DNA from: Chiloscyllium plagiosum | Taxonomy: Eukaryota | DNA: 61,056 nt | Assembly (NCBI RefSeq): GCF_004010195.1 | Contig: NC_057755.1 | Span: forward strand, 6,868,529 to 6,929,584 | Reading direction: 5' to 3' | Shown here: positions 11,768-25,019 of the stretch, piece after piece | Numbering within the stretch: position 1 is the stretch's first letter | Layout: the number at the start of each line of letters is the position of its first letter | The notes under the pieces: generated by a model | Told to the model about the DNA's origin: nothing | Databases searched by the model: none | What the model saw: the letters and a program-made list of their open reading frames with translations, nothing else | Position numbers and translations under genes: made by a program

Positions 11768-14700
11768 GGCACGGAAGGTCAGTGGTTTGCTCGGTGGCTC
11801 AGTGGTTAGCGCAGTAGCTTAGTGTTTAGCACGGTGACTCAGTGGTTAGCACAGTAGCTTAGTGGTTCGCACAATGATTCCTAGCTAGCAGGGCAGCTTA
11901 GTGGTTAGCACGGTGGTTCATAGTTAGCACGGTGGCTCAGTGGTATGCTCAGTAGCTCAGTGATTAGAACGGTGGCTCAGTGGTTAGCGCGGTTGCTCTG
12001 TGTTTAGCACAGTGGTTCAGTAGTTCGCACTGTAACTCAGTAGTTAGCACGGCAGCTCAGTGGTTATCTCAGTAGCTCAGTGATTAGAAAGGTGGCTCAC
12101 TGATTAGCGCAGATGTTCTGTGGCTAGCACAGTGGCTCAGTAGTTAGCACTGTAACTCAGTAGTTAACACGGTAGTTCAGTGGTCAGCACAGTAGATCAA
12201 TGGTTAGCACAACAACTCTGTGTTTGCACAGCAGCTCACTGATTATCATGTAAGCTCAGTGGTTAGACAGGTAGCTCAGTGGTTAGCACGGTGTCTCAGT
12301 TTATTATTGTTTCTCAGTTGTTACCACGGTGGCTCTGTGATTAGCAATGGTGGCTCAGTGGTTAATAAAGTAGGTCAGTGGTAAGCAGAGTATCTCAGTG
12401 GTTAGCAGAGTAACTCAGTGGTTAGCAGGTTGGGCAATGGTTAGCACTGTACCTCAGTGGTTACCACGGTGACTCAGTGGTTAGCACCATAGCTCAGTGG
12501 TTAGCACGATGGATCATGGTTAGCATGGTAGCTAAGTGGTTAGCACAATGGTTCATGGTTAGCACGGTAGATCAATGGTTAGCTCAGGATCTCAGTGATT
12601 ATAATGGTGGCTCAGTGGTTAGCGCGGTTTCTCGGTGGTTAGCACGATAGTTCATGGTTTGCATGGTAGCTCAGTGGTTAGCACAATGGTTCAGAGTTAG
12701 AACTGTAACTCTGTGGTTAGCTCAATATGTCATTGATTAGACTGGTGGCTCAGTTGTTAGCGCGGTTGCTTTGTGGTTTGCACAGTCGCTCAATAGTTAG
12801 CACTGTAACTTAGTAGTTAGCACGGTCACTCAGTGGTTATTTCAGTAGTTCAGTGATAAAAATGATGGCGCAGTAGTTAGGGCAGTTGCTCTGTCGTTTG
12901 CACAGTCGCTCAGTAGTTAGCACTGTAACTCAGTAGTTAACACGGTAGTTCAGTGGTTAGCACAGCAATTCTGTGGTTAGCACAGCAGCTCACTGATTAT
13001 CATGTAATCTCAGTCGTTAGCCAGATAGCTCAGTGGTTAGCATGGTGTCTCAGTTTAGTATTGTTTCTCAGTTGTTACCATGGTGGCTCCGTGATTAGCA
13101 ATGGTGGCTCAGTGGTTAACAAAGTAGGTCAGTGGTTAGCAAAGTAACTCAGTGGTCAGCAGGATGGGCAATGGTTAGCACAGTACCTCAGTGGTTACCA
13201 CGGTGACTCAGTGGTTCGCACCATAGCTCAGTGGTTAGCACGATGGATCATGGTTAGAATGGTGGCTCAGTGGTTAGCGCGGTTTCTCTGTGGTTAGAAC
13301 ATAGTTCATGGTTAGCATGGTAGCTCAGTGGTTAGCACTATTGCTCATAGTTAGAACGGTAACTCTGTGTTGAACTCAGTATCTCATTGATTACAATGGT
13401 GGCTCAGTTGTTAGCGCGGTTGCTTTGTGGTTTGCACAGTCGCTCAATAGTTAGCACTGTAACTCAGTAGTTAGCACGCTACTTCAGTGGTTAGTTCAGT
13501 AGTTCAGTGATAAAAATGGTGGCTCAGTAGTTAGCGCGGTTGCTCTGTGGTTTGCACAGTCTCTCAATAGTTAGCACTGTAACTCAATAGTTAGCACAGT
13601 AGCTCAGTGCTTAGCGCAGTAGCTCAGTGCTTAGCGCAGTAGCTCAGTGGTTAGCACAGTAGCTCAGTGGTTAGTGCGGTAGCTCAGTGTTAGCATGGTG
13701 GCTCTGTGGTTAGCCCAGTGGCTCAGTGATAAACACAACAGCTTAGTGGTAAGCACAGTAGTTCAGTGGATAGCATGATAGTTCAGTGGGTACCATGATA
13801 CACAGTCGTTAGAGCTGTAGCTCAGTTTTTAGCACGGTGGCTCTGTGGTTAGCACTGCAGCTGAGTAGTTAACATAGTAGTGCAGTAGTTAGCAAGCTGG
13901 CTCAGTGGTTAGCACTGTAGCTTAATGGTTAGCACGATGGCACAATGGTTACTTTAGTAGCTCATTGGTTAGCACTGTAGCTCAATGGGTAGCATAGTGG
14001 CTCAGTGGTGAGCGCGTTAGCTCAGTCGTTAGCACAGTAGCTCAGTGGTTAGCACGGTAGCTCAGTGGTTAGCACAGTGTCTCAGTGAAAAAAAATAGAT
14101 TAGTGGTTATCACAGTAGTTCAGTGGTTAGCCTGGTGACTGAGTAGCTGCTTTAGTAACTCAGTGGTTAGCACAGTACCTCAGTGGGTAGTATGGTAGTT
14201 CAGTGGGTACCATGTGGCACAGTCGTTAGCACTGTAGCTCAGTAATTGGCACCGTGACTCAGTGGTTTGTATGGTAGCTGAGTAGTTAACACTTTAGTGC
14301 AGTAGTTAGCAAGGTGGCTCAAAGGTTAGCACAGTAGCTCAATGGTTAGCACGATGGCTCAGTGGGCCCTTTAATCGCTCAGTGGTTATCACTGTAGGTC
14401 AATGGTTAGCACAGCAGCTCAGTGGTTAGCACGGTGGCGCAATGGTTAGTACAGTAGTTCAGTGGTTAGCCGGTGGATGAGTAGTTGCTTTAGTAACTCA
14501 GTGGTTAGCACAGTAGCTCAGTGGATAGCATGGTAGTTCAGTGGGTACCATTTTGCACAGTGTTAGGACTGTGGCTCAGTAGTTAGTACCGTAACTCAGT
14601 GGTTTGGTAGCTGAGTAGTTAACACTTTAGTGCAGTAGTTAGCAAGGTGGCTCAGTGGTTAGCACAGTAGCTCAGTGGTTAGCACGATGACTCGGTAGGT

Positions 14701-15990
14701 CCTTTAATCGCTCAGTGGTTATCACTGTAGATAAGTGGTTAGCACAGCAGCTCAGTGGTTAGCACGGTGGCGCAATGGGTAGTACAGTAGTTCAGTGGTT
14801 AGCCGGTGGATGAGTAGTTGCTTTAATAACTCAGTGGTTAGCACAGTAGCTCAGTGGATAGCATGGTAGTTCAGTGGGTACCATGTTGCACAGTCGTTAG
14901 GACTGTGGCTCAGTAGTTAGTACCGTGCCTCAGTGGTTTGCTGGGTAGCTGAGTAGTTAACACTTTAGTGCAGTAGTTAGCCAATTGGTTCAATGGTTAG
15001 CACAGTAGCTCAGTGGTTGGCGCGATGGCTCGGTGGTCACTTTAATCTTTCAGTGGTTATCACTGTCGATCAGTGGTTAGCACAGCAGCTCAGTGGTTAG
15101 CACGGTAGGTCAGTGGTTAGCACAGTGGCTCAGTGGTCAAGTTAGTAGTTTACTGCTTAGCACTGAGGCTGAGTGGTTAGCACAGTACCACAGTGGATAG
15201 CATGGTAGTTCAGTGGGTAGCATACTGGTGCCGCTGTTAGTGCTGTCGCTCCGTGGTTAACATGGTAGCTCACTGTTTATCACAGCAGCTCTGTGGTTCG
15301 CATTTTGTCGAATTTTTTTTTGACAGAGTAGGTAAGTGGTTAGCGTGGTAACTCAGTTGTTAGCACCGTAGCTCAGTGGCTAGCACGGTAGGTGAGTAGT
15401 TAATACAATATCTCAGCAGCTAGCATAGTGGCTCTGTAGTAAGCACTGCACCTCAGTCGTTAACATGATAGTTCAGTGGTTAGCATGGTTGCCCAGTGTT
15501 TAGCCTGGTAGCTCTGTGTTTAGCATAGTAACTTTGTGGTTAGTGCAATAGATCAGTTATTATCACGTTAGCTCAGTGGTTCGCAAGGTAGCTCTGTGCT
15601 TCGCATGGAGGATGGGTGGTAAGCACAGTCGCTTGATGTTTAACACAGTAGCTCAACAGTTAACACATTATCTCAGTCCTTAGCAAGGTGGCTCAGTGGT
15701 TAACACAGTAGATCAGTGTTTAGCACGGTACCTCAATGGTTAACACGATGTTTCATTGGTGAATTTAGCAACTCAGTGGTTCATACAGTGTCTCGATGCT
15801 TATCTGTGGTTAACATGTTAGCTCAGTGTTTAGCACGATTGCGAAGTGGTTTGCACGGTGGCTCTGTGGTTAACACAGTAGCTCACTGATGAGCAGTGTG
15901 GCTTTGTCATTCGTGCAGTAGCTCAATGGTTAGTGCACTAGCTCAGTGGTTGAAACGGAGGCTCAGTGGTTACTTTAGGAGCTCAGTGGT
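11768..15990 (+). repeat. Tandem satellite of ~20-bp units (consensus ~AGCTCAGTGGTTAGCACGGT), roughly 200 copies, with higher-order repeats
   Basis: Seen directly. The unit matches the SINE head GCACGGTGGCACAGTGGTTAGCAC at ~43829-43852. Confidence 0.97.
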
Positions 15991-17461
15991 CATGAACATT
16001 GATGTACAGAGAGAAGTTATGGTCCAAATCCACAGCTCTGTGAAAGTGGCAATGCAAATGGTTAAGGTGGTAAAGAACATATAACAGAAAACCCAGGAGC
16101 AGGAGTAGGCCATCTGAGCTTCGGGCCTGCTCCGCAATTCAATAAGATCAAGGCTGATCTTTTCAGGGCCTCAACTCCACTTACTCGCTCTCTCACCATA
16201 ACGATTAATTCCTTCGTTGTTCAAAATTAACCGATTTTAGCTTTACAAACATTTACTGAGGAAGTCTCAACTGCTTCATTTAGCAGCGGATTCCACAGAT
16301 TGTGCTTAAGGTTGCAATGGAACCACGTGCTTCCTGGTCTAGTAGTACGTACGGTGCCAGAACTCCGAAAAGAACCTTCCTAATGTTCCCACTCAGGAAG
16401 TACAGGACCAAAATCACATGCTTTCGGTCGTCACTCAAATGGAAACTGATCAGATGTTTTTTTGTGATGATTGCACTGGGAATTAATTAGATAGTTTCTG
16501 TGTGCAATGAACTGAAATGAAATAATGTTGGAATAAATCAGTAATAGTCTTCGTTAAATATGAAACTCATAACATTCTGTGTCAAGAAACAATGACATAA
16601 TTGTGTGAGAATAGTACAAAAATGAATAAAAATAAATAAATTATTTCCATGTGTTCAAAGCATTTGTAATATGAAGAAAGGAAAATTAAAATCCCTTGGA
16701 AGCAATATGAATTTGAAACATAAGAGTTGGTTATTCAGTGTGACTATTCAGCTGAAGACAACTTCCCTTCTTTCCAAAAATGTACGAATTCCAAGAATTC
16801 AAAATTTACTCTCTCCTTTCACAAAGTCACAAGAATTTTTAATTTACTTTGCGTGAAATATAGTTATATCTTTGTGATTAGACATACAATAAATGTTAAC
16901 AATTAAGTCACATTTAATCAATCAGTTCAACTGTTTCCACGGTTAAAATAGAAATCGATATTCACAATGATTGAATAAGAAGAATAGAAAGTGGGACAAG
17001 TGAGGAGGGGAGTTTTTGATAAGGGATAGCATTACTGCTGTACTGAGGGAGGATATTCCTGGGAACACACCCAGGGAAGTTATTTGCGTGGATTTGAGAA
17101 CAAAAAAAAAATTCGATTATCATACGATTGGGATTGTATTATGGACTCCCTCATAGTCAGCGGGAAATTGAGAAACAAATTTGTGAATATATCTCAGTTA
17201 TCTGTAAGAATAATAAGATGGTTATTGTAGGGGATTTTAACTTTCCAAACCTAGACGAGGACTGCCATAGCATTAACCGTTTAGATAGAGATGTATTTGT
17301 TAAGTGTGTACAAAGAAAGTTTTCTGATTCAGTATGTGGATGTTCCCACGAGAGAAGGTGCAAAACTTGATCTACTCTTGGGAAGTAAGGCAGGGCAGGT
17401 GATTGAGGTGGGGCACTTTGTAGCCAGTGACCATAATAAGATTAGGTTCCCTTTGGTCCAA

Positions 17462-17752
17462 CAAGTGGAAACAGGCCCTTTGGCCCAACAAGTCCACACC
17501 GATCCTCTGATGAATAACCCATCCAGACCCACTCCCTCTGACTAATGCACCTACCACTATGGGCAACTTAGCATGGCCAATTCACCTGACTTGCACATCT
17601 TTGGATTGTGGTAAGAAACCGGAGCACCCGGAGGAAACCCACGCAGAGAATGTGCAAACTCCACACAGACAGTCGCATAAGGCTGGAATCGAACTTGGGA
17701 CGCTGGCGCAGTGAGACAGCAGTGCTAACCACTGAGCCAGCGTATCGCCCCC
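17462..17752 (-). mobile_element. HE1-type SINE
   Basis: Reverse complement of the 43822-44142 consensus. Confidence 0.88.
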
Positions 17753-18536
17753 TATTAGTTTTAAAAGAGTCATGGAAAAGGATAGACCAGACGTAAAAGT
17801 TGAATTTCTAAATTGGAGGAAGGATAAGTTTAACTGTATGTGGCTTTCAAAAGCTAATTCGGGACAGATGTTTGCAGGTAAAGGGACAGTTGGAAAATCG
17901 GAAACCATAAAAATTGAGACAACAAGAGTTCCTGCTCGGGTTAAAGGAAAGGCTAGTATGTGTCGGGTATGCTTTGGTTAAGAACAATATGGAAGCATAT
18001 GTCAGATATGGACAGGATAGATCAAGTGAATCCTTAGAAGAGTACAAAGGCAGTAGGCATATACCTAGGAGGGAAATCAAGAATGCAAAAAGGGGACGTG
18101 AGTTAGCATTGGCAAATACGGTTAAGTAAAATCCAAAGGGTTCTTACAAGTATATTTGGATCAAAAGGGTAACTAGGTAGAGAGTAGGGTCCCTCAAAGA
18201 TCAACAAGGCAGCCTCTGTGAGGAACCGCAGGATATGAAGAAGATACTGACGAGTATTTTGCATTAGTGTTTACTGTGGAGAACGACACATAAGATATGG
18301 AATGTGGGGAAACAAATGGTTACATCTTGAAAAATGTCCATATTAGAGAGGAGGGGCTGGATGCCTTGAAAGGTAAGACATTGGATAAATCCCCAGGACC
18401 TTACCGGCTCTTCCCTCAAACTCTTTTGGAAGCAAGGGTAGAGATTGTTGGGCTCCTTGCTGAGATATTTGTATCATCGATCGTCACAGGTAAGGTGCCA
18501 GAAGAATAGAGGTTGGCTAATGTGGTCACGCAATTT

Positions 18537-18860
18537 TGGGTGGCACAATGGCTCAATGGCTAGCACTACTACATCACAACACCAGAAACCCAGGCTCAAT
18601 TCCTGCCTCAGGCATCTGTCTGTGTGGACTTTGCAGATTCTCTCCGTTTCTGTGTGACCGCACTCCATGTAGTCCAGTTTTCTCCCACGGTACAAAGTTG
18701 TGCAGGTCAAGTAAATTGGCCATGTTAAATTTTCACATGGTGTTAGATGCATTAGTCAGTGGTAAGTGCAGTGAAATAGGTCTGGGTGGGCTTATCTTGG
18801 GGGTCTGTGTGAACTTGTTGGGCCAAATAGCCTGTTTGCACACTGTAAGGAATCTAATCG
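18537..18860 (+). mobile_element. HE1-type SINE
   Basis: gggtggcacaatggctcaatggctagcact...cacactgtaaggaatctaatc. Confidence 0.85.
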
Positions 18861-19885
18861 ATTTTCGAAATGTCTTAAGGAAAAGCCAGGACACTGTAGA
18901 ATTGTGAGCCTGACATTGCTGGTAGAATTGATGAGGGCAGAGTCATAGACGTGAGCTATTTGGACTTCAGTAAGGCGTTCGACAACGTTCCCCATGGCAA
19001 ACTTCTGATCAAAATTAGGTGTCATGGAATACAAGCAGAACCAGCCATTTGGATGAAGAACTGACTGGAAGCTACAAGACAGAGGGTGGTGTTGGAGGAT
19101 TGTTTTCCAGACTGGAGGCCTGTGACCAGTGGTGTGCCATAAAGATCGGTGCTAGGTCCACTACTTTTTGTCATTTATATAAATGATTTGGATGTGAACA
19201 TAGGAGGTAAATTTAGTAAGTATGCAAATGACAACAAATTTGGAGGTGCAGTGGATAGCGAAGAAGTTTACCTCAGATTACAATGGGGATCTTGATCAGA
19301 TGGGCCAATGGGCTGAGGAGGGGCGAGATGGATTTTAATTTAGATGAATGTGAGGTGCTGAATTTTGGAAAAGCAAATCAGAGCAGAATTTATATACTTA
19401 ATGTTCATGTTCTGAGGAGTGTTGCTGAACAAAGATACCGTGGTATGCAGGTTCATAGTTCCTTGAAAGTAGAGTCTCAGTTAGATAGCATTGTGAAGAA
19501 GGCGTTTGGCATGCTTTCCTTTCTTAGTCAGAATATTGAGTACAGGAGTTGGGGGGTCATGTTACGGCTATACAAGACATTGGTTTGGCTATATTTGTAA
19601 TATTACATGCTATTCTAGTCTCCTTCCTATCAGAAGGATGTTGTGAAACTTGAAGCCGTTCTGAAAATATTTCCAAGGGTGTTTCCAGGGCTAGAAGATT
19701 TGAACATTAAGGAGAGGCTGAACAGGCTCAGGCTGTTTTCCCTGGAGTGTCAGAGGCTGAGGGGTGACCTGAGAAATGTTTATTAAATCAAGGGCATGGA
19801 TAGGATAAATACAAAATGTCTTTTTCTTGGGGTGGGGGGAGTCCAGAACGAGAGGGCGTAGATTTAGGATGAGATGGGGAAGAAA

Positions 19886-20175
19886 TGGGGTGGCGCGGTG
19901 GTCAGCACTGCTGTCTCGCAGAGCCAGAGACATGGGTTCAATTCCCCCCTCAGGCGACTGACTGTGTGGAGTTTGCACATTCTCCTCGTGTCTGCGTGGG
20001 GTTTCTTCCGGATACTCCGGTTTCCTCCCACAGACCAAAAATGTGCAGGTGAGGTGAATTGGCCATGCTAAATTGCCTGCAGTGTTAGGTTTAGGTGAAT
20101 GGGTCTGGGTGGGTTGCTAATTCGGCAGGTCTGTGTGGACTGGTCGAAGGGCCTGTTCCCACACTGTAAGTAATC
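19886..20175 (+). mobile_element. HE1-type SINE
   Basis: B-box gggttcaattccc, body ggagtttgcacattctcc, tail cactgtaagtaatc. Confidence 0.88.
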
Positions 20176-21019
20176 AAATATATAAGGGGCAACTTTTTCA
20201 CATAGAGGATGGTGCATGTATGGAATGAGCTGCCAGAGAAAGTAGTGGAGGCTGGTAAAATTACAGCATTTAAAATCGATCTGAATGGGTACATGAATCG
20301 GAAGGATTCAGAGGAGGTGGGCTATGTGTTGGAAAATGTGACTAGATTCGATTGGAATCACAGAACATTCACTTTTTGTGTTGTACATCTCTATAACTCT
20401 TTGATTTACAATTAAAAACCTTTCCATTAGATCAGGTACTGAGCCACAACACCACATTTATACCCCTGACTAGGTTCAACATTTATTGGATATTAGCGAC
20501 AATTAGATTTTTCAAAATTCTGCGAGTGACCATTCGAATAATGAGAAAACTCATATTGCCGTTTGAGTGAGCAGTTTGTAGAAATGAACAAGAATTATTG
20601 CAGTGACAAGTGATGACTTTTCTGAATTTCTTAAGCTGAAATTACTGTGTACTGCATCTCCAAATCAAGATTAATGCGGTCATTCAACTGAGCAAAAATC
20701 AAGTATTTGCAATGAGCATTGGATGAGAAATTGATGGTTACATTGTGGGATAGTTGATCTACAAAAAGAAAGGCTTTATACTGCAGTGTTGGCAGTAAGA
20801 AATAATGGCTGAATTAAAAAGGTAAACCTCACTTTACTTGTTAGAAAAACTAAATCAAGTAATTCATTTATTATTCTAATGATAATTGATTGATGCTTGA
20901 TTTTGGAATCCAAACAAATAAATTGATTCAATATTCTGAAATTACTTTGTTTTAAATGTTGCTAGGATTCTACTGTTAAAATAAAAATCTGCATTTGCTG
21001 TGATTGTGAAAGTGGACAG

Positions 21020-22150
21020 TTGTTATGACAGGGCGGTGAACCCTTTGTTAATTAAACCAAACACCGAGAAAATTGCACTTCACGTCTGTTAAAATATGTG
21101 TGATGGAGAGCTCCCAAATGATCCCAGCAAATAAATGGTTAACATATGAGGAACGTTTGAAGACTCAGGGGTCAATCCTCGATGGAGTTCAGAAGGATGA
21201 GGTGAGACCGAATTGAAATGGACAGAATACTGAATGCCCTAGACAGACTGAATGTTGGAAAGATGTCTCCATTGCTAGGAGAGACTAGGACCTGAGGGCA
21301 CAGCCTCAGAATCAAGGGAAGACCTTTTAGAACGGAAATCAGGAGAAACGACTTCAGCCAGGGAGTGGTAAATGTACGGAATTTACTGCAACAGAAGGCT
21401 GTGGAAGCCAGGGCACTGTGAATACTCTAGACTGAGATAGATAGGTTCTTGAGTATCAAGGGGATCAAGGGCTACAGAGAGAAAGCCTGAGGATGGTGTT
21501 GAGATGGAAATGTGTTGCTGGAAAAGCGCAGCAGGTCAGGCAGCATCTAGGGAACAGGAGAATCGACGTTTCGGGCATTAGCCCTTCTTCAGGAATGAGG
21601 GAAGTTGGTCCAGCAGGCTAAGGTGGTGTTGAGAACCCTCTCAACCACAATAGAATGGTGGAGCAGGCTTGATGGGCTGAATGGCCTAGTTTCTGCTCCG
21701 ATGTCTTATGGTTTATGACATCTCTCTGTAATTTCTATCATCTCGATAACTGTTTCCCAGGTAACTGTTATGCTACATAAAAAGTCCCTTGAACCATTCT
21801 ATTAAATTCCAGACTGTAATGCCCTACTGAGTACCGCCATTCTGTGTGTAAACTACCTCCTACCTCTCGACTGATTCCAGTTTTAACTCACTCCCAGCTA
21901 ACTATTAGTCTGCCAGTAAACCAGTTTGCACTTCAGTTCGATTCCAATCTGAAAGTCTCTTTAGAATCTCTCTGTTATTTCCTATATAAATACCCCTGAG
22001 CCTCTCAACTAGATAACAGTCTGTAACTCAATCCCTGACACATATTAATCTGTCGTAAATCACAACTCAGCCCTCAAATATATTCCAGTCAGTAGCTCAC
22101 TCTTGAGAATCTGCTATTCGATATAAAAAAAAAACCCTTGAACCCATAAG
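21020..22150 (-). mobile_element. Probable solo LTR, split by a CR1 3' fragment (~21130-21720) that itself carries a Penelope terminus (~21507-21620)
   Basis: tgttatgacagggcggtgaaccc at 21020 reads ...ccctgtcataaca on the minus strand, like the LTR end at 6746. CR1 3' DNA lies inside. Confidence 0.45.
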
Positions 22151-22270
22151 AGTCAGTGAGAACGAAGGTTAGGAGGATTTAAGTGTGCGTGTGAGTAATG
22201 TCTAAGTGACAGTCAGTGCGTGTACGTGAAAATATGTGTGCGTCTGAGCGCATGTGAGAGTGTATGAACA

Positions 22271-22272
<2 letters not shown>

Positions 22273-22338
<66 letters not shown>
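22273..22338 (+). repeat. (TG)n(AG)n microsatellite
   Basis: Seen directly. Confidence 0.95.
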
Positions 22339-22340
<2 letters not shown>

Positions 22341-22839
22341 CTTTAAATAAGTTCAATCATGGAATCGCTGACACTCAAAAAGAACACTCACTTGCCCGGT
22401 CTCACGCTCACACTGATATGCTCACTCACAGTCAGAAACACACTTAGACACACACACACGCACACACACACACACACAGGGAAATAAATATATAGACAAA
22501 TTTGTTGGAAATACAGAAACGTCAGACAGAGTTATATCTTGGAGTCACAATGAGAATAGGAACATTCTGAGACAGAACCTTAGCACTTAACCCCACGATC
22601 TGCCCAGCGCTCTGTCTCAGGAGCTTGATGGTCAGAGAAACATAGATGTTAGTGTGGGACCAATGGTTAATATTTTCAAACTTTTTTTTATGCTGCCAGT
22701 CTCTCTTGCTTATCCCCATTCATAAATTCAATGTCAGTGTTGTGCTAATATAAAATAGTGGCTGTGGACAAATCTAAGATGTCTGCCTGACTCACTCGGT
22801 ATTCTGGTATTCTGTCAGAACGGGGGCGTGTGAAAATCG

Positions 22840-24210
22840 AGAGTGTGGTGCTGAAAAAGCAAAGCAGATCCAGCAGCTTCTGAGGATCAGGAGAATTGAC
22901 GTTTCAGGCACAAATCCCTCATCAGGAATGAGGCGTGGGGGCCAGGGCAACTGAGAGATAAATGGGAAGGGGGTGGGTTTGGGGAAAAGGTAGTTGGGAA
23001 TGCAATAGGTAGATGAAGGTGGGGGAGAAATTGATAGGTCGGAGAGGAGGGTGGAGTGGATAGGTGGGAAAGGTGATTGACAAGTAAAGAGGGTGGTACC
23101 GAGTGGAAGCTTGGGGCTGCGATAATATGGGGGTAGGGGAAAGGAGGAAACTAGTAAAATTCACATTGATCCTGCGTCCAAAAGCAGAATAGATTAGATT
23201 CCCTACAGTGTGGAAACAGTCCCTTCAGCCAACAAGTCCACACCGACCCACCGAAGAGTAACCCACCCAGACCTATTCCTCTACTCCCTACTAATGCATC
23301 TAACACTACGGGCAATTTAGCATGGCTAACTCACCCGACCTACATATCTTTGGAGTATGGGAGAAAACTGGGGCACCCGGAGAAACCCATGCAGACATGG
23401 GGAGAATGTGCAAACTACAAGTAGATAGCCTGCCTCGACTGGAATCGAACCCTGGTGCCTGGTGCTTCGAGAGAGCAGTACTAACAACTGAGCCTCCATT
23501 ATGAGGCGTTCATCCTCCAGGCGTCGGGTGGTAAGGGTTTGGTGATGGAGGAGGCCCGCGATCTGCATGACCTTGGCAGAGTCGGATGGGGCGTTGAAAT
23601 GTTCAGGCACAGGCCGGTGGAATTGGTTTGACGGGTGTCCAAATGATATTCTCTGAAATGATCTGCAAAGTAGCATCCTGTCGCCACAATGTAGAGGAGA
23701 ACCACATCGGGTGCAACAGATACAGTAGATGACATTGGGATAGGTACAGGTAAATTTCTGTCAGATGTTGAAGGATTTTATGGGGGCTTGGACAGACGTG
23801 AGGGAGGAGGTGTGGGCACAGGGTTTGCACTTCCTTTGGTGGCAGGGGAAGGTGCCAAGAGTACAGTGTGGGTTGGTGGGTGTGTTGGGGGCGTGGATCT
23901 GATGAGGGAGTCGCAGAGGGAGTGGTCTTTCCGGAACGTGAATGTGGGTGGTGAGTAAGACATTTCTAGGGTCCATTGCAGGTGGTGGAAGTGGCGGAAG
24001 ATTATGTGATGTATACGGATGTTGAGCGGGTGGAAGGTGAGGTCGGGGGATAGGTTGAATCCTTTTTGCTTAGGGAGGGGTGGTCTTCAAAGTTACAACT
24101 GTGGGAAGTGGAGGAGATGAACTGGAGAGGCAGCATCGGGAAGGGAAATTGTGATCTTGGATAAAGGACGCCATCTATGATTTTCTAAGATGTACTAGGT
24201 CATCCTGGGG
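22840..24210 (-). mobile_element. Penelope-like element 3' part (GIY-YIG region), with a SINE inserted at ~23190-23500
   Basis: Peptides GTFPCHQRKCKPCAHTS, FREYHLDTRQTN, RPVPEHFNAPS, FRKDHSLCDSLIRS; terminal ctgatga..gaaacgtc motif. Confidence 0.85.
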
Positions 24211-24710
24211 NNNNNNNNNNNNNNNNNNNNNNNNNNNNNNNNNNNNNNNNNNNNNNNNNNNNNNNNNNNNNNNNNNNNNNNNNNNNNNNNNNNNNNNNNN
24301 NNNNNNNNNNNNNNNNNNNNNNNNNNNNNNNNNNNNNNNNNNNNNNNNNNNNNNNNNNNNNNNNNNNNNNNNNNNNNNNNNNNNNNNNNNNNNNNNNNNN
24401 NNNNNNNNNNNNNNNNNNNNNNNNNNNNNNNNNNNNNNNNNNNNNNNNNNNNNNNNNNNNNNNNNNNNNNNNNNNNNNNNNNNNNNNNNNNNNNNNNNNN
24501 NNNNNNNNNNNNNNNNNNNNNNNNNNNNNNNNNNNNNNNNNNNNNNNNNNNNNNNNNNNNNNNNNNNNNNNNNNNNNNNNNNNNNNNNNNNNNNNNNNNN
24601 NNNNNNNNNNNNNNNNNNNNNNNNNNNNNNNNNNNNNNNNNNNNNNNNNNNNNNNNNNNNNNNNNNNNNNNNNNNNNNNNNNNNNNNNNNNNNNNNNNNN
24701 NNNNNNNNNN
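24211..24710. other. Assembly gap (500 N)
   Basis: N run. Confidence 1.
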
Positions 24711-25019
24711 TGGTCTCTCTCTCTCACACACACACACAGACACCGGCATGGTCTCTCTCTCTGTCTCTGTCTCTCTGTCTCTGTCTCTCACTCTCTCACA
24801 CACACACACGATCTCTCTCTCTCTTACACAGACACACGCACGCACATGCACACACACACACATACACACAGTCTCTCTCTCTCTCTCACTCACACACACA
24901 CACAGATGTTTCAGTGTCAATACTTGAGAGAGAGAGAAAGAGAAACCTTGCCTCCCTGTGTGTGTATGTGAGAGAGAGAGAGAGAGACCATACCTATGTT
25001 AACCAGAGGCTCTGTAAAA

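Larger units (their letters stand above)
16985..20400 (+). mobile_element. Degenerate CR1 LINE ORF2 (endonuclease and RT) through to the 3' end, interrupted by three SINEs
   Basis: Peptide fragments VIVGDFNFP, PTREGAKLDLLL, KSPGP, and MDFNLDECEVLNFGK...VHSSLKVESQ; DFSKAFD-like DNA at ~18960; WNELPEKVVEAG near the 3' end. Confidence 0.9.

Noticed and set aside
11768..15990. CRISPR array or tRNA gene cluster
   Set aside because: The units are contiguous with no unique spacers, there are no cas genes and the context is eukaryotic. Only a D-arm/A-box fragment is present, with no cloverleaf or B-box.
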